From assembly GCA_024137785.1 (NCBI GenBank), contig JAHRHZ010000115.1:62001-122110 (forward strand): 60,110 bases of DNA, read 5' to 3'. Origin of the DNA: Ginglymostoma cirratum (Eukaryota). The notes below the pieces were generated by a model that had not been told where the DNA came from, made no database searches, and was given only the letters and a program-made list of their open reading frames with translations. The position numbers and the translations under genes were made by a program. Shown piece by piece: positions 1-14,734 of this stretch; within the stretch, counting starts at the first letter, position 1; each line of letters opens with the position of its first letter.

Positions 1-1870
1 ACAGCAAGTGACTACTTATCATTTGCATTTTGTAGGGACCAACCATGCATCATTTATTCTCTTGAATTTATAGTGCTGGAAAATGCTTCCCTTCACAAGT
101 CTCAGGAAAAAAAAATCTATGTTCCATTGTTCTGCCCTACAAACAAGGCCAACTGCACCATACCTTAGTATAAGGCTTTCCTCCTGGATAATTGCAATAC
201 CACACGTTTTTCGCTTCGTCTGTAAGCTTAGTGATAAAAATTCCTTCATTGATGACTAGATCATTCATATACACTACAAACAGCAACGGATGCAGCGCCA
301 AAATCTTACCATATGCCACTGAACATGGGGTTTCTTCTCAAAGACTACCTTCGGCCATTATCCTCTGCTTTCTGCCTTCTACCACCAAGTAAATTTTGTA
401 TACGATTTCCCAACTTGCATTAGGTGCAATGCTTTCTTTAACAATTTGTGATGCAAGATCTTGTCAAAAACCTTGTTGATGTCAATGCGGATTATATCCA
501 TTTTCCAACCCCAACCACACATCTCGTTGTCTCCTTGGATGATAAAATCAAGCACCACAAGTATGATGTCACTCCCACCAAAGCCATGCAGAATTGTATT
601 GTTTAAACCTTACATTTCCAAATTTTAATGAACCTGTCTCTCAGATTTCTTTTTCCATTACTTTTCCTAGCACTGTTACTAGACTCAATAGCCAATAATA
701 TAGTTCCCTGGATGATCCTGCCAACAGTACTTGAATAATTGTTGAATCGTCATGCTAGCAGAACACTAGTGCTCTGGCATTTACCGGCCGTACATGGACG
801 ATTTGAATATTAATATCCGGGCCCCTACAATCTACCCCTTGCCCTGGATACTGGGACTTGCGATTTTAATGTTCACTAAAACCGCAAATACTTCTTCCAG
901 CTCAATTGAAATCTCTGAAAATGCCACAGCTTTCTTACCTGATTCAAATCTCTATTTTGTTCTTTATCGTGAATAGAGATGTAAAGTATAATATCAACGT
1001 AGAACCAAGGTCTTCCGGCTCTACCACAGTTGTCTAGTTAGTTTCTGCGTCGGTCCCAAACTTTTCCTCGTTAAGTTTCTCGGTATGTACTCCTTTTGAT
1101 TTTTCCCCTATTATACCGATTATTTTAAGATCCCCTCCCCGCTCCTGACTTTGTTAATTCATTTTTAAGCAACTCCCTGCAGTCTCTACATGTTTCTAGG
1201 TTTTCTGCTATACTGAGCCCTCGTTGCCTCCCATAAATTTGGATTCTTCCTTTTATTCAATCATCTACATTCCTCCACATGTAATCTTTGTCATTCTTGC
1301 TTCTGATCTTCACCTTTAAGGAATATTTTGGCCCTACAAATTCATTATTTCACATTAGAGAAACTCCCAGTGCTCTGATGTAAGTTTTCCTATTTATAGT
1401 TGCTCCCAAACCATTTTGGTCAGATTAAGTCTTACCAGGATAAAATCGGGCTTGGCCCAGTTCAAAACATTTATTTCTCATTTTCCATAGATAGGTAATA
1501 TCTTACAGAGTTTCATTCACTATCACCAAAATTCTCTCCAAATGAAACACCTACAACTTGCTTAGCATTGTTTTCCCTAAAATGAAGTCCAGCATGGCAG
1601 GACTTTCCAGCAATTTCTAAATTCTGGCTTTAAAAAAACCTCTCCTGGACACGTTTTAAAAATTCAGCCCCCTTTTGGCACTTCACATTGAGGTTATCCC
1701 AGTGAACAATGGGGAAGGTGAAATCTATTACCAATACTGCACAATTGTTTTAAAGCTTTACTGAAATGTGCCAGATATCTGCCTTTCTATCTCCCCATGA
1801 CTGTTTGGGGGTCTAGAGAACACGCCCAGAAATCTCTTGTAGAGTTATTTACTCTCAACGGCTTTCTGGA
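1..1870 (-). mobile_element. Old degenerate CR1 LINE ORF2 fragment
   Basis: RT motif remnant PLLFVVYMNDL...FITKLTDEAK on the minus strand, with many stops. Confidence 0.7.
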
Positions 1871-3609
1871 ATGACCCAGCTAGCCACTCAACTCAACGAG
1901 AGTTAGGGATGTTTCATAAATGCTAGCTTTGCCAGCGACATCTACATCCCATGGAATTTTTTTGTTAAATGCAGTTGGATTTCTGAATGCACCGGCTATC
2001 CCACTGTTAGTTGGAGAAGTGGCAATTTTTGATTTGTTGCTTCGCTCCAGAAAGTCTCTCCGGATATTATACGTGACTTCATCTAAGGTTTTGCTGTGCC
2101 AAGCATGGCTCATTCATGAGTGAACTTATCTGTACTTCACCTTATATCACAATTTACCTTCCAGATTCTCTTTCACTTATTAGCATTATAGACATTAATT
2201 CAGTTAACTGCAATATACAGTGTAGACAGAGATAGGCAACGAGAGTGCTAGATGAATAACTGGTTAGTAATATAAACAAATACACATTAATACAAGAAAC
2301 CCCGTCTATTCGACCCTATGGTCCTGCTCAGCTATTTAGTCTACAGCCCTGCCGACACCCAATACTCGTTCATTCCCTTGTTTAGCAAGAATCTATCTGC
2401 GACTGCCTTAAAAATAATTAAGAAATTCTGCTTCAATGATTTTTGATCAAGAAAGTTGCAAAGACCACAAGCGAGTAGACGTTCTTACTTTTGTCTTCAA
2501 AGGGTGATCGCTGCTGCCTGCGGTCATTGCCTAATACAACCTCGTAGCATGGCACTAGATCCAGTAAACTACTCAGCCGCTCCTCCTTCTTTCAGAAATT
2601 TATCGAATACACTTACTCAAAAAGTCAAGGACTGTGTCTGACAACTGAAAAGTAGCAATATGTAAAACTTCTTCTTGATAATTTATATGAATGGAAATAA
2701 AGCGAACAACAAAATATCACCAAAAGAAAATTCAACGGCACAAAACCCGGTTCACTGATGCAACCTCTCCTTGCTTTTTGCCTGAGACATCGCCGAACTT
2801 CCCTGAAGTTTTCTATTTTTAAACAGAGATATCGTTTCGCTCCTTTCTTCCAGAGATAACACTCAGCTTATCTCACTCACAGTTAACGTACTGTAGCTTA
2901 AATAATCTTGTGTGTTTAAAGTTTTATTCTAAGAAATGAGAATAGAATTAAATACAACATTGAAACCAATAGCAATCTGTGCGTTTGTTCTTGAGGCTGT
3001 CAGTGTGCATTCAGCCTCACGGGCAGGAAGACCATTTGCGCTGATAACACGAAAGTGACGCCTGTTGCATCATTCTCCGCTAACACACAACTTCCTGTTT
3101 CTCTGTGCCGATAGCAAGCCACACATCTCACTTCTGATCAGAAAATAAATCTTGGGGACAAACTGGAGGAAACATCTGCCAAGGCAGCCTATATCTGGAC
3201 AGAGAGTACTTGGGCAGAGATAAGATCACATTGAAGTGGCAAATACCTGTTGAGGTCTGTTTAAATGTCCGATTCCAAGACGTCGTTGGACGCGTCCTGC
3301 ACTATGCACTAAGCTCATTCGGTTCTCTAAAGTGTGGAACGCATAGACTCCACATTTTCATGTTTTGATATTTGCATTTTTCTTACTCTCTTTCAGTTGA
3401 GCAGTTTTAGATTCTTTATCCATCATGTCCCCATCCCGATACATTCTGTTTGATCTATTTCCGAGACTTTGATATTCTAGACAACGGCCAACACTATTTT
3501 ATACAGGCAGTTGTGCCGGTGTGTCAGATAAACAGAATTAATAAATGAAGGGAGCCCTGTTTCTCTATCCACTCTGACCATTATTGAATTCAAACCCAAA
3601 GCCATAAAG

Positions 3610-3895
3610 GCCGTATGGTGTGCTCAGTGGTTAGCACTGCTCTCTCACACCGCTAGGCCCCCAGGTTTGAATCCACACTCGAGTCACTGTCTCCACTTTT
3701 TTTTTCTGGGTGCTCCAGTTTCCTTGCAGTGTCCAAAGATGGGCAAGTTAGGTGGATCAGCCCTGCTAAATTGCTTACAGTGTCCATGGATGTGTAGGTT
3801 GGGTGCGTTAGCCATGGGGAAATAGAGGGATGGGTCGGTGCGTATTCGTTGGGCCAAATAGCCTGTTTCCACCCTGTCGGGACTTTACTCCATTC
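3610..3895 (+). mobile_element. HE1-type tRNA-derived SINE
   Basis: GCTCAGTGGTTAGCACTGC...GGTTTGAATCC A/B boxes, a V-domain-like core and a CR1-like tail (GGGCCAAATAGCCTGTTTCC). Confidence 0.8.
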
Positions 3896-4239
3896 TGACG
3901 ACACTGCATAGTTTCACACTTTCCAAGTCCTCTCTCTTTGAAAGAGCTTGTTCTGAAGATTGGTTATTATCTGAATTCTTTCAGAAATTATAACTACTTA
4001 AAAATTCTTACTTTGAACAAGGTTTCAAATGTTATCAAAATTTGTGACACTGACATTTCTTCTGGTGTTTCATCTTTTTCGTTATAATTTGCTTCAAGCA
4101 AAAGATTTAAACATTGATTTCCCCATGTTACCTGCTACGGCCCTTGCGTATCTATAAAAATTGCAGGCTGTTGTTAAGAACCAGAATGAGCAGATTGCTT
4201 TCGGTTCCTGTGTCATATGTTCGTTTTTTTCTAAAATTC

Positions 4240-6800
4240 ATTTTTAAGGAAACAGCTCCTCTGGCTGGCCAACATTTATCAACCGATTTAGTTGCAATTG
4301 AGAAGGTGGTGGTAGGCTGAATTTTTGAACCACTGCAGTCCACCTGCTTGGGTTGACAGACAATTCCATGAGGGAGGGAGTTCCAGGATTTTGACCCAGC
4401 GACAGTGAAGGAACGGCGATATGTTTCCAAGTCAGGCTGGTGAGAGCCTTGGAGGGGAACTTGAAAGTGATGCTGTTCCCATATGTCTGCCGCCCTTGTC
4501 CTTCTTGATGGAAGTAGTAATGGGATTGTAAAGTGCTGCCTGAGGATCTTTGGTGAGTTTTTGCAGTACACCTTGTGGAGAGTACACACTGCTGCTATGG
4601 AGCTTCGGTGGTGGATGGAGTGGAAGCTTGTGAATTTAATGCCAATCAAGCGGGCTGCTTTATCCTGGATGGTGTCAAGCTTCTTGAGTATTGTTGGAGA
4701 TGCACTCATCTAGCCAAATGGGGAGTATTCCATCACAGTCCTGACTTGTCCCTTGTAGATGGTGGACAGGCTTTGAGGAGTCAGGAGGTACATTACTCGC
4801 CTCAGTATTCCTAGCTTCTCACCTGCTCTTGCATCTATTGTGTTTATGTGGTGATCTCAGTCGAGTTTCTGGTCAATGGTAAGCCCAGGAGGTTGATAGC
4901 GGGAGATTCTTATGAGATTATTTGATGGTAACTCCATTGAATGCCAAGGGATGATGGTCAGATTGTCTCTTATTCGTGACGGTCATAGCTTGGCTTTTGC
5001 GTGGCACGAATGTTACTTTTCACTTGTCAGCCCAAACGAAGATATTGTCCAGATCTTGTTGCATTTGAACATGCTCTGCTTTAGAGTCTGAGGAGTTGTA
5101 AATGGTGCTGAATATTGTGCAATCATCAGTGAACATCCTCACTTCTGACCTTATGATGGAGGAAAGGTAATTGATTAAGCAGTTGAAGATGGTTGGGCCG
5201 AGGATACTACCCTGAGGAACTCCTGCAGAGATGTCCTGGAACTGAGATTACTGACCTGCAACAACCACGATCAGGTATGACTCCAACCACCGGAGAGTTT
5301 GCCCCCTAATACACATTGATTCCGGTTTTGCTAGGGCTCCTTGATGCCACATTCAGTCGAATGGAGCCTTGATATCAAGGTCTACCACTCGCACCTCACC
5401 TCTGGAATTCAGCTCCTTTGTCCATGTTTGAACCAAGGCTGTAATGAGGTCAGGAACTGAGTGGCCCTTGGGGGAACCCAAACTGGGCTTCACTGAGCAA
5501 GTTGTTGCTGAGCAGGTGCTGCTTGATAGCACACTTGATGTTACCTTCCATCACTTTATTGTTGATCGATTGCCCTGTTTTTTATGTAGATGACATACTT
5601 GGGCAATTTCCCAAATTGTCGGGTAGATACTCGTATTGTAACTGTACTGAAACAGCTTGGCAAGGGGAGCAACAAGTTATGGAGCACAAGTCTTCAGTTC
5701 TATTGCTGGAATGTTGTCAAGACTCGTAGCCTTTGTCGTATGCGGTGTCTCAAAACGTTTCTTGATATCACGTAGAGTGAATCGAATTGGCTGAAGACTG
5801 ATATCTGTAATGCTGGGGACCATGGGAGGAGGCTGAAATGGATCATCCTCTCGGCACTTCAGGCTGAAGATTGCTGTGAAAACGTCAGCCTTATCTTTTG
5901 CGTTGATGTGCTGGGCTTTTCCATCATTGAGGATGGGGACATTTGTGGAATCTCCTCCTCTAGTGAGTTGTTTAATTGTCCACCAGCATTTGTGATTCAA
6001 TCTGATAGGACTCCAGAGCTTAGATCTGTTCCATTGGTTGTGGGGTCGCTTAGCTCTGTCTATCACTTGCTGCTTATGCTGTTTGACATGCAAATAGTCG
6101 TGTTTTGTGGCTTCACCAAATTGAAGCGTCATTTTCAGGCATGCCTGGTGCTGCTCCTGGCATGGCATCCTGCACTGTTCATTGAACCAGTGTTGATCTC
6201 CAAGCTTGATGGTAATGGTTGTGTGGGATATATGCTGGGACATGATGTTACAGATTGTGCTGGATTGGCAATTCTACTGCTTTTTATGCCCACAGAGCAT
6301 TACGGCTGCCTAGAATTGTTAGATCTGATCGAGGTCCATCCCATTTAGCCTGGTGGTACTGCCCACCAAAACGATGGAGGTTATCCTTCAAATGAAGGCG
6401 GGCCTTAATCTCCACAAGGACTGTTTGGTGGTTATTATTGACGATACTGCCTTGGACAGATGCATTAGGTCAAGTATATTTTTCCCTCTTGCTGGTTCGC
6501 TCACCACCTTTCACAAACCTAGTCTAACAGCTTTGTCCTTTAGAACCCAATCAGCTCGATCTGTAGTGCTGCTGCGAACCACTCTTTGTGGTGGACATTG
6601 AAATCCCTCATCGAGAGAATATTTTTTGCCTTTGCCATCCTCAGCGTTCCTCTAAGTGTTTTTCAACCTCGAGGAGTACCGATTCATTAACTAAGGGGCA
6701 TGGTAGGCAGTAATCAGTAGGAAATTTCCATGCCCATGTTTAACCAGTAGCCATGTTACTTCATGGGGTCCAAAGCTAATGCTGACTACTCCCAAAGCAA
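4240..6800 (-). mobile_element. Non-LTR retrotransposon (CR1/L2 group) ORF2 remnant
   Basis: Frames with WFNEQCR, KATSLDNIPAIELKTCAP and LDTIQDKAARLIG...SIHHRSSIAAVC, disrupted by stops and shifts. Confidence 0.85.
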
Positions 6801-9759
6801 CTAAAAAATACAATTTTCTTCAACGCAAATGTTCATTAATGTAATAATAAATTATTCTAATGGCAATAATAAATGATTACAGGAGTAATAATAAGTGGAA
6901 TACAAAAGAGGGGAAAAAAATGCAAGATTCACGCCTTCGAGAAAAAGTAACAAGTCTCATGTTCTTCTGCTGTCGGGGACCCCTCGATTGATGTCTGATC
7001 TAGAGGCTTAGGTTCATGCCTGGTGCAGTTCATGATTCCTAGCTGAAGCGAAGTCCATCAGCAGGAGCAGTAGCAGCAGCAGATTGAAACAAAACTCTCT
7101 CTCTTTTATATAGTGTGACAAACAGCCAGCATAAAGAAAGTAGATAACAAAAAGAAAAAAAAAAACTATTGGCTGGTACAGCCAACAGAGGATGGGGAAA
7201 CAAGTACACATGTCGTCTTCGGCTCATAAATGAATACTCACAGGAATCATTCAAGGTCATGCAATTTGTTCAGTATTATTCTGAACTTTCCCAGCCTATT
7301 TTCCCATCCTATACAATCTATTTGCTCATGCAGCTGTCGAATATCATCATTAGCTTTTAGCCCACCTGCCCCTATTCAATCCACCCCCGATGATATTTGA
7401 CAGCACATGTTACAATTGCAATTGCAGACACAAATCAGCGACAGCCACGCAAAAACTATAATAAGAGTATGTAACCTACACTGGAAGCAAATAACTAACA
7501 TCAATACAAAGAATGCAACAATAGATGTATCATCAAATTAATGATCACAATGGCCTTTGGGGACTGACACTTATATACATACACCACCCCTAATGTACAG
7601 TCAAGGCAGTAATGGAACCAGCAAGTCGCGCCACCTGATTGAGGTGACCGGAATGTCGTCTACTTTCTATTTCAGTTAATCTATTTCCAAAATTTACTCT
7701 AAAAAGCAGTAAGTTTCAGATTCATGTGCCTTAATTAGTTTTTTTTTAACTTCCCTATCCACAGACTCCTACATCACTTGAGTCTTAGCCTCAGCCTTTT
7801 TTCACATACACTAACTGCCCTAACACATTATAATTTCACCTCTTGGTTTAGTCATACAAATGCTCAAAATGGGATATCTGTATGTGATCCGATGTGCCCT
7901 TTCACTCTGCCCACTACGACTCCTCTCAGAATCCATTCTCTTTCATTTCTGTTACATTTTGACATAATAGCCAAACATGATTTTTATTTTGATTGTAATT
8001 CGTTTTACATTCCTTTCACTAATACTATTTACTTTGTTGTAAAGTCAGTTTCTCTATGGATTTTGTGTCAGTGTCTTATCGTTCAGGTTTTCGTGCTCTT
8101 TCAAGCCACACTTATCCTCTTGTCATGTAGGTGTATTCATTCTTCCCGAGGTAACATTCATTTTTGCGCACTTACATTGGTGTCCCAAGACCAAGTCAGG
8201 CATTCTTGACGCCTACTTGATCTTACCAAATGATCTATGAAGTTTTATTTATCTCTGCATGTATGGTCCCGATGCCTTGGGTAGTGGCTTGATCGCCAAT
8301 TCAATATTTCTTTAAAGAAAACAAGGGCATAAACATCACCAAGAGAAAACTATCAGTTTGGTACTCTCATCTAAACTTCCTTTTCACTAAAATGCATTTA
8401 AACGTTAATTGCCATCTCAACCCATTATTCTATTATTTTTTCTTCTGCCACCAGTATCCATCCTTAATAATTTCGTTTCATCCAATTTTGCAAGTTACCT
8501 ATTACCACCATATTTGATTCCAGAGATCTGCAGAGATTTGTAGTCCATTGAACATAATCTTATATTTTAAAACAGATGTCAAACATTTTTGTTTGATTCG
8601 GGCACAACATAATTTGTTCTTTGTCTTAGATGACACATTTTGGAAGTTACTTGATAATTCATTCTAGATATTTGAATATCTCTGTGTAAATTTATCCAAA
8701 TTCAAAATTCTGTTTACTCCCTTGAAGTTCCTAATCATTTGTTATGTATTAAACCATGGAGACTGTGCGTGTGTGCACTTTGTCATTTTCCAGAATCCGT
8801 TTAAATTTTCAGGTAACTATTCAATTTAAATGTTTTAGATAACAGGGGCATGCGAGTCGTAATACAGTTTTTGTCATGATATGCTTAAGTGTACACACAC
8901 TCAATGGCTTCAAGGTTCCTGCCATTCATTGCAATTGATATTTCCACAGTACTCCCCAACACTGAAATGTGTTATTGATGAATTGCTTGATGGTTCGGAC
9001 GTATCTCATTCATCACTGTGTTGGAACGTTAAAATTGTGCAAAGGTTTCAGTGTCTCCAAATTCTAAACAAAAAATCTCCATCCATTCCACGACGAATAG
9101 GTTAATTTGTATTAATCTACTACGGATTCAAAAGGGGTTGGGCAAAAACTCCTAAACATAATTATTTCATCCATCTCTCCTCCTCCTTGAAGGAAGGAAA
9201 AGCCCACCCCTCTGTTAAATTTGCCTTTCCTAAACTCCTTGTGCATAGGGAGTTTCATTTTCAACATTCCGATATCCCAATCATTTGCATAGTAACAATG
9301 AATCAATCTTATCATCCGGAATTAAAGATTCACTCATGAGACAAAACAGTATTTGAAAGTTGATTCTGACTAGTAAATGAAATTCCAAACATGATAATTT
9401 CTGGAATTAAAATTTACCTAGCTGAATCACAACACGAAGCCAATTCCGAAAGGTAAATGTCTACCAAGCTTTCCGAACCACATTTTTGAATCAACATTTC
9501 TCATATTTTGGCTTTACATAACCACTGATGGCTTCTTAAAAGGTTAACCATACATGATCCTCACCGATAGCGACACACAATACACTTTCAAATCACCAGA
9601 CATTCCCAAAATGCTAACTCAACTTCAAAGTATCCCCAGACCTCGAGCTCCAGGGAACGAAAAGACACAAATTATACAGGACAACATTTAGCAACCAGCA
9701 AACAAAAGTGCACTCAAACCAGATCACAAAGAGCTAACACTTCTAGAAGGTTCGGTGCA

Positions 9760-11160
9760 CTTGCACAGAGCAGAAACGTGACCTCCAGTTCTCCATTTAT
9801 CCGAGTTATTACTGGGCCCAATAGTTTCGGCAATCCTGAAAGCTACAGCGGTGCCAGATTGAATCACTTCTAATAATGCAGTTCGTGCCTCTTCCATATT
9901 TGCAACAGGTTTGGTTTGAACTTCTCAGCTTTTGGAAAATCTGGACGAGGAGTGGGGTAAAGAGGAGGAGCGCAAGCCTGTTTCAGAATATTCCCCTTTA
10001 TCCTGTAGCTCTTTTGATACTACAGAAGTTGTCTGTTTCAGATTTGTAATTCCACTGTTGCTCTAATTGACGGCAAAGGTGCAGAGTGTTCATTCTCTGG
10101 TGTAATAAATGATTTTTTATCGTTACAATTTATTACTATATCAGAAATATTTCTATGCCATTCTTTTCTTTGCTCTGATTAGATAGCTTCCATGAGAGAA
10201 CTGTGTAAGCACTCATCTTTCTGTACACGCTTCTGAACAATGCGTTTGAATATTTTGTTTCACCTTCGAAAACATCCCACCTCCAACTTGTTGTCCCTGT
10301 TTGTCACTTCCTCATGTACACCCCACTCTTTGCTTACCAGCCTCCACATCCTCTAACTGTCCTAACAGCAAGGATGCCGGTCCCACTGCCTGTCCGTGGG
10401 ATTACCCTAAATAGGGCCAACAGGGCACCTCTCATCCAGCCCATACCAATTAGCATTAGCCAGCTCTTCATTCCAGCTGTGAAAACTTCTTGGTCTGGAC
10501 CCTGAAACTGTAGAGAATACATACACGCTTGGGTACCCAAATCTCTCAAACGTTTTATATCTTCTGGTATGCTCTCCCATTTTTCAACACCTCCTTCCCA
10601 GTCTATTGGGAAAGGGTACTTTTTTCCAACTGCTTGTGTCAGTGCATTCCACAATGATTTAGTTTGCTCTATATTTCCAGAGATATTATTCACCTTTGGG
10701 TCAACACTCACCTTTGGGTCAACACTTAGTGCTCCCAGATTCCCTCCCTCTTGGCATAATATAGGCGGTACCCTGGTCCCACGAACACGTCAACCAAAAG
10801 GCCAAGGACTCACCTGACTTCTGCTTAACGCGTGACCCCAAATCCTGCAATTCGGACATAGAGTAATCTTTTACTATTCTAGAATTTTGTGGGTTCAGTC
10901 CTCCGACATGTTTTGTCTTATTTGTTTTTAGGGGTCGTACAATGAGTCCTTTCTCTGAGGATGACTCCGGAGGTAGAGCGTCCCCTTCTCCATTTGTCCA
11001 TTCATACTCTGAATCAGATGAGTACCAAATGTCCCCATCCCAATGGTCAGAGTCCCATGGTGAGGTTAATAACACGCGCGCTTTTGTTGGGCCTCAAGAC
11101 TTTCTTCTGAAATTATAAACCATCTTCCTCCGGTTCACAATGGTTGCTAGTTTCTTGGTA
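9760..11160 (-). mobile_element. Class III (ERV-L-like) endogenous retrovirus gag relic, possibly with the start of pro
   Basis: Minus-strand frames contain WDSDHWDGDIW, YSMSELQDLGSRVKQKSGESLAFWL and LWNALTQAVGKKYPF...KWESIPEDIKRLRDLG...GPDQEVFT, collinear with ERV-L/Fv1-type Gag motifs. The frames are shifted relative to each other. Confidence 0.75.
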
Positions 11161-12261
11161 TAGCAAATTGTGAGGTTGCGCACTGTACGCCAATGTCTTA
11201 GTCAAAAATATAAATGAATGTAAAAACAGACACAAACACTGTCACCTGCAAAATGCCACTGAAAGCCATTCTTGAGTCCAGAAAAAAAAATTGTCTCTGT
11301 TGATCCACGATTTCTAAAATTTGTTCGGATGTCTTTTGTGAAGGAAGTGTTCAAATAAATTTTGAAGTGCATTTGGACTGCACCGATTGGATTAGATCAC
11401 TGTCTTGTGTGTTAATCCACAAAAAGGATCAAATAAGTTTGTTTACGAGTTGTTCTGAGCAATCAATATACGATAGACTTTTGTTTCAAACAAAATTACT
11501 TCCAATGATGTGAGGACTAATCTATCTTTTGTGCAATGCTCTGAATCTTAAATTGCGTCTAGTTACAGATGACCCTGGCTCAGTTGTGACAGAGCAAGTT
11601 GAATGTCTTTAACTTTGTGGACTAATTTTGCTGACCTGAGCTGAATAAAGGGATATTACCCGGGGCACCGTCTGGGGAGCATTAGACCATTAATTTCTAC
11701 GTCAATAGGCAGAGTGTGGGTTTATTGAAGTGTGAAATGATTGAAACGAAAGTTTGGAATTTTCCAACAAAAATCAGGTGAATTAGCGCCTCTAATTAGC
11801 CAAGATAGAAAGCATTTATTTAACATTTATTCACCACAGAGAGAAATTACTTCGTCCATTGGGTCTGTGCCATCCGAAAACAGAGCCTTCCAACCTATGC
11901 CTACCGTTGTAGCATATTGTTCCTAACCCTGCAGGTTATAACAATTGAAGTATATATCCCAACACATTTTAAATGACTTAACCGTTCCTGCCACCAATAT
12001 CCTTTTCGGAGTGAGCTTCTTGAATCTTCCCTGTCACTTCGCTGCACATCACTTACATCTAAATACTTTATTCACCGAGCTTTCCCCTGCGCTAAAGAGG
12101 TTTTTCTCATCTATTTTATCCAGGCATAACATCTGTGTGCTTCTCAAGAAAAATTCCCCTCAACCTCCTCTGTTCCAGCTCCAGCCAAATTAAAATTTCC
12201 TTTTTGCTGTTTTCTTCCAGTTTTAGCATGATCCTCCTAAAATACTTATGTTCTGACTTTG

Positions 12262-12264
<3 letters not shown>

Positions 12265-12300
<36 letters not shown>
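12265..12300. repeat. (GT)n microsatellite
   Basis: Perfect GT dinucleotide run of about 18 units. Confidence 0.95.
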
Positions 12301-12304
<4 letters not shown>

Positions 12305-14734
12305 CAATCACACCACGTGTTGTTGTGTTAATTCATTTCAATTGTCATTGATGTTCTTTTTTTCTGGTGAACATTAACCGATAGCTCATTGGCTAATCTT
12401 TCAGCAGGAACTGTGGAAATGACTTGTCGTTCCCTAGTCTTCACGTCAAAATATGAATAAAACAGGCAAATAAAAATGAGCAACCAACGCAGTTAGAAAA
12501 ATTGCTTAGGGTATAATCCATTTTTCAACACAGCTATAATCTCCAATGCTGTAAAAATGCTGGCTTATGGGGACAAAGTAGAGGCTGTCGCTGCTTGTGA
12601 TGAACGAGACAGTCATTTCAAACAGTTGGTGCAGCCTGAGGAGCTGAATGGCCTGTTTCTATCCCCTCTTTATTCCTCGAGTCATTCTAACTAATCTGGA
12701 CTTAATTTCAAAGTAAGCTGATATGGAAATTAATGCTCACCTACTCCCCAGCCACGCTGCCAGCAACATTCCTTTATTCAGCTAAGATCAGCAACATGAA
12801 TTAAGAAAGTTAAAGACATCTGCCTTTCATTGACATATTGTTGACAACACGGTGTTCACAAAGACCAAAAAGCAAGGAGTTCATCGTTCCATGGCGTCGC
12901 CTTGCGTTTGTGAGCAAGAGATGTATCTGCAAAGTATTTTCGGGATGGTAATGTAGGCATTTAAGCAAACACTGTGCATACAAGGAGCTCTAAAAATCAG
13001 CAATGTGGTCATGACACGGTCATATGTTTTTGTGGTGGTGACGCGGCAAAACAAAATTGAACAATGCTGCAGGGACAATTCCCTTTCAGTTCCATGAAAT
13101 AGTACCACAGGATCCTGTGCGTGGAACTGGTATGGTATAAAGATCGTCAGTTTAACACCACCAACGAATATGAGGGAACGGAGCCACCACTGGAAATCCA
13201 GTTAATCGCTGTCATTGCAGACATGCATCAAGAAGGCATAGATAAAACAACTTTAGGCTTTCAATGGCTGAACTGTAACTGCGGATGCATTGATAACTCA
13301 CATTGACTCTGCGCCTCCTCGGAACCGCCCTTGCGCATTCTTCCCGATAGTAGAGGCACTAACTGTGAATATGGCCTTGAAGCCAACTCACATTAGCTCT
13401 ATTATTCAAGGAATTCCAGTATAAAAATCAAAAATGCACCTAGAACTGTAAAGTAATTCGAAAGGATTATGGAAAAACTGGTTTATCCTCTTTAACCAAA
13501 GAATGCTTTTTTTATCAGACTACTGATTGGAAATCAAAAATAGATTGTGATGCACCAATCAATTTAAAGTGATGACAATGTTAACAACCATTGATCGAGT
13601 GGGAGACACCAATCAGTTACAAGTAACCAATGATTTTAGACCGTTGAAGGCTATGGAACCCTGAATGGACTGAAATCACACAAGATTATGGAAATTCTAA
13701 TTTCTTATTGTTATGTAGGAATGGTGATAATTTGGACAAGCGCCAATTGCTTTGAAATATGGTAGACTGTGAAATAATGACGGACAGGAATTGTGTCTTT
13801 GTTTATGTTTCCCTCCATTTGTTCATTGATGCTGAAACAGTTGCTGCTAAAAGTTGCTCTTTGAAGACAAGTTGAAACTACGTACTAATTGGTTTAATAG
13901 TCTCAGGGTATGGGAGAGAACCTCTTAAAGTGAGGAGGGGAAATTGGTATTCATCAGTTTTGCAACTGCGACCTAAAAACGCTTCAGAAATTACTCATCA
14001 ATGCTAATTATTTATTTTTCTTCACCTTGAAATATTCATAAAGGATGGCCTGTTTTTCAATGAAAACAAAACAGAAATCAGCGCAACAGGTTTTCCCTCA
14101 ACATTCTCATTTTGATGCATTTTTGGAGGCATTTTCCATTACCACACCAGTCTCGCCATGCTCAACAAATCTCATAACAGAAGGGAAACCGTGTGAAAGT
14201 GTGCAATTTGATTACTGTCATGTCACGTAACGTAGAAGAAAAATAACTTGCTGCACAAGTCTAATTGGCATCACTCCAATGATCGGCACTACTTTTGCTG
14301 TGACTGAAGTAACTGAGAAGATATGTTGAATGTTCTGTTCTCTATGATGGTACCACATGTTCGAAATGTTAATATGATGTCTCCTGAATCCAGGCAAGTC
14401 CCCGTTTTGTATCTTTGAGGTGAAGATGTACAATCATCTGAGAACAATCATGAGTATCATAGGAATATCTTCATGTTACTGTTGATAATGTCCAACTTGT
14501 CATTTCTTGATATGTGCGGTATTTTAATTATAAATGGGCGGGGGAGTGACAGAATGTGACAGACTGATGCAAATGTAATAATGGATCCGCCACAAGTAAT
14601 GAGGCTGGCAAACGGAATTGAGAATTTTGAAGAGCATTTCTCTTTCAGACCCAATCAGTCATCCATCAAACATTCCATCTATCCGTTTGTGCATCCGTTG
14701 TGTCTGTCTGGCTGTCTCTACTTCTATCTATCTA

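Noticed and set aside
7778-8209. 143-aa hydrophobic ORF
   Set aside because: T-rich low-complexity sequence with a TTG start, no domain and no splice support.
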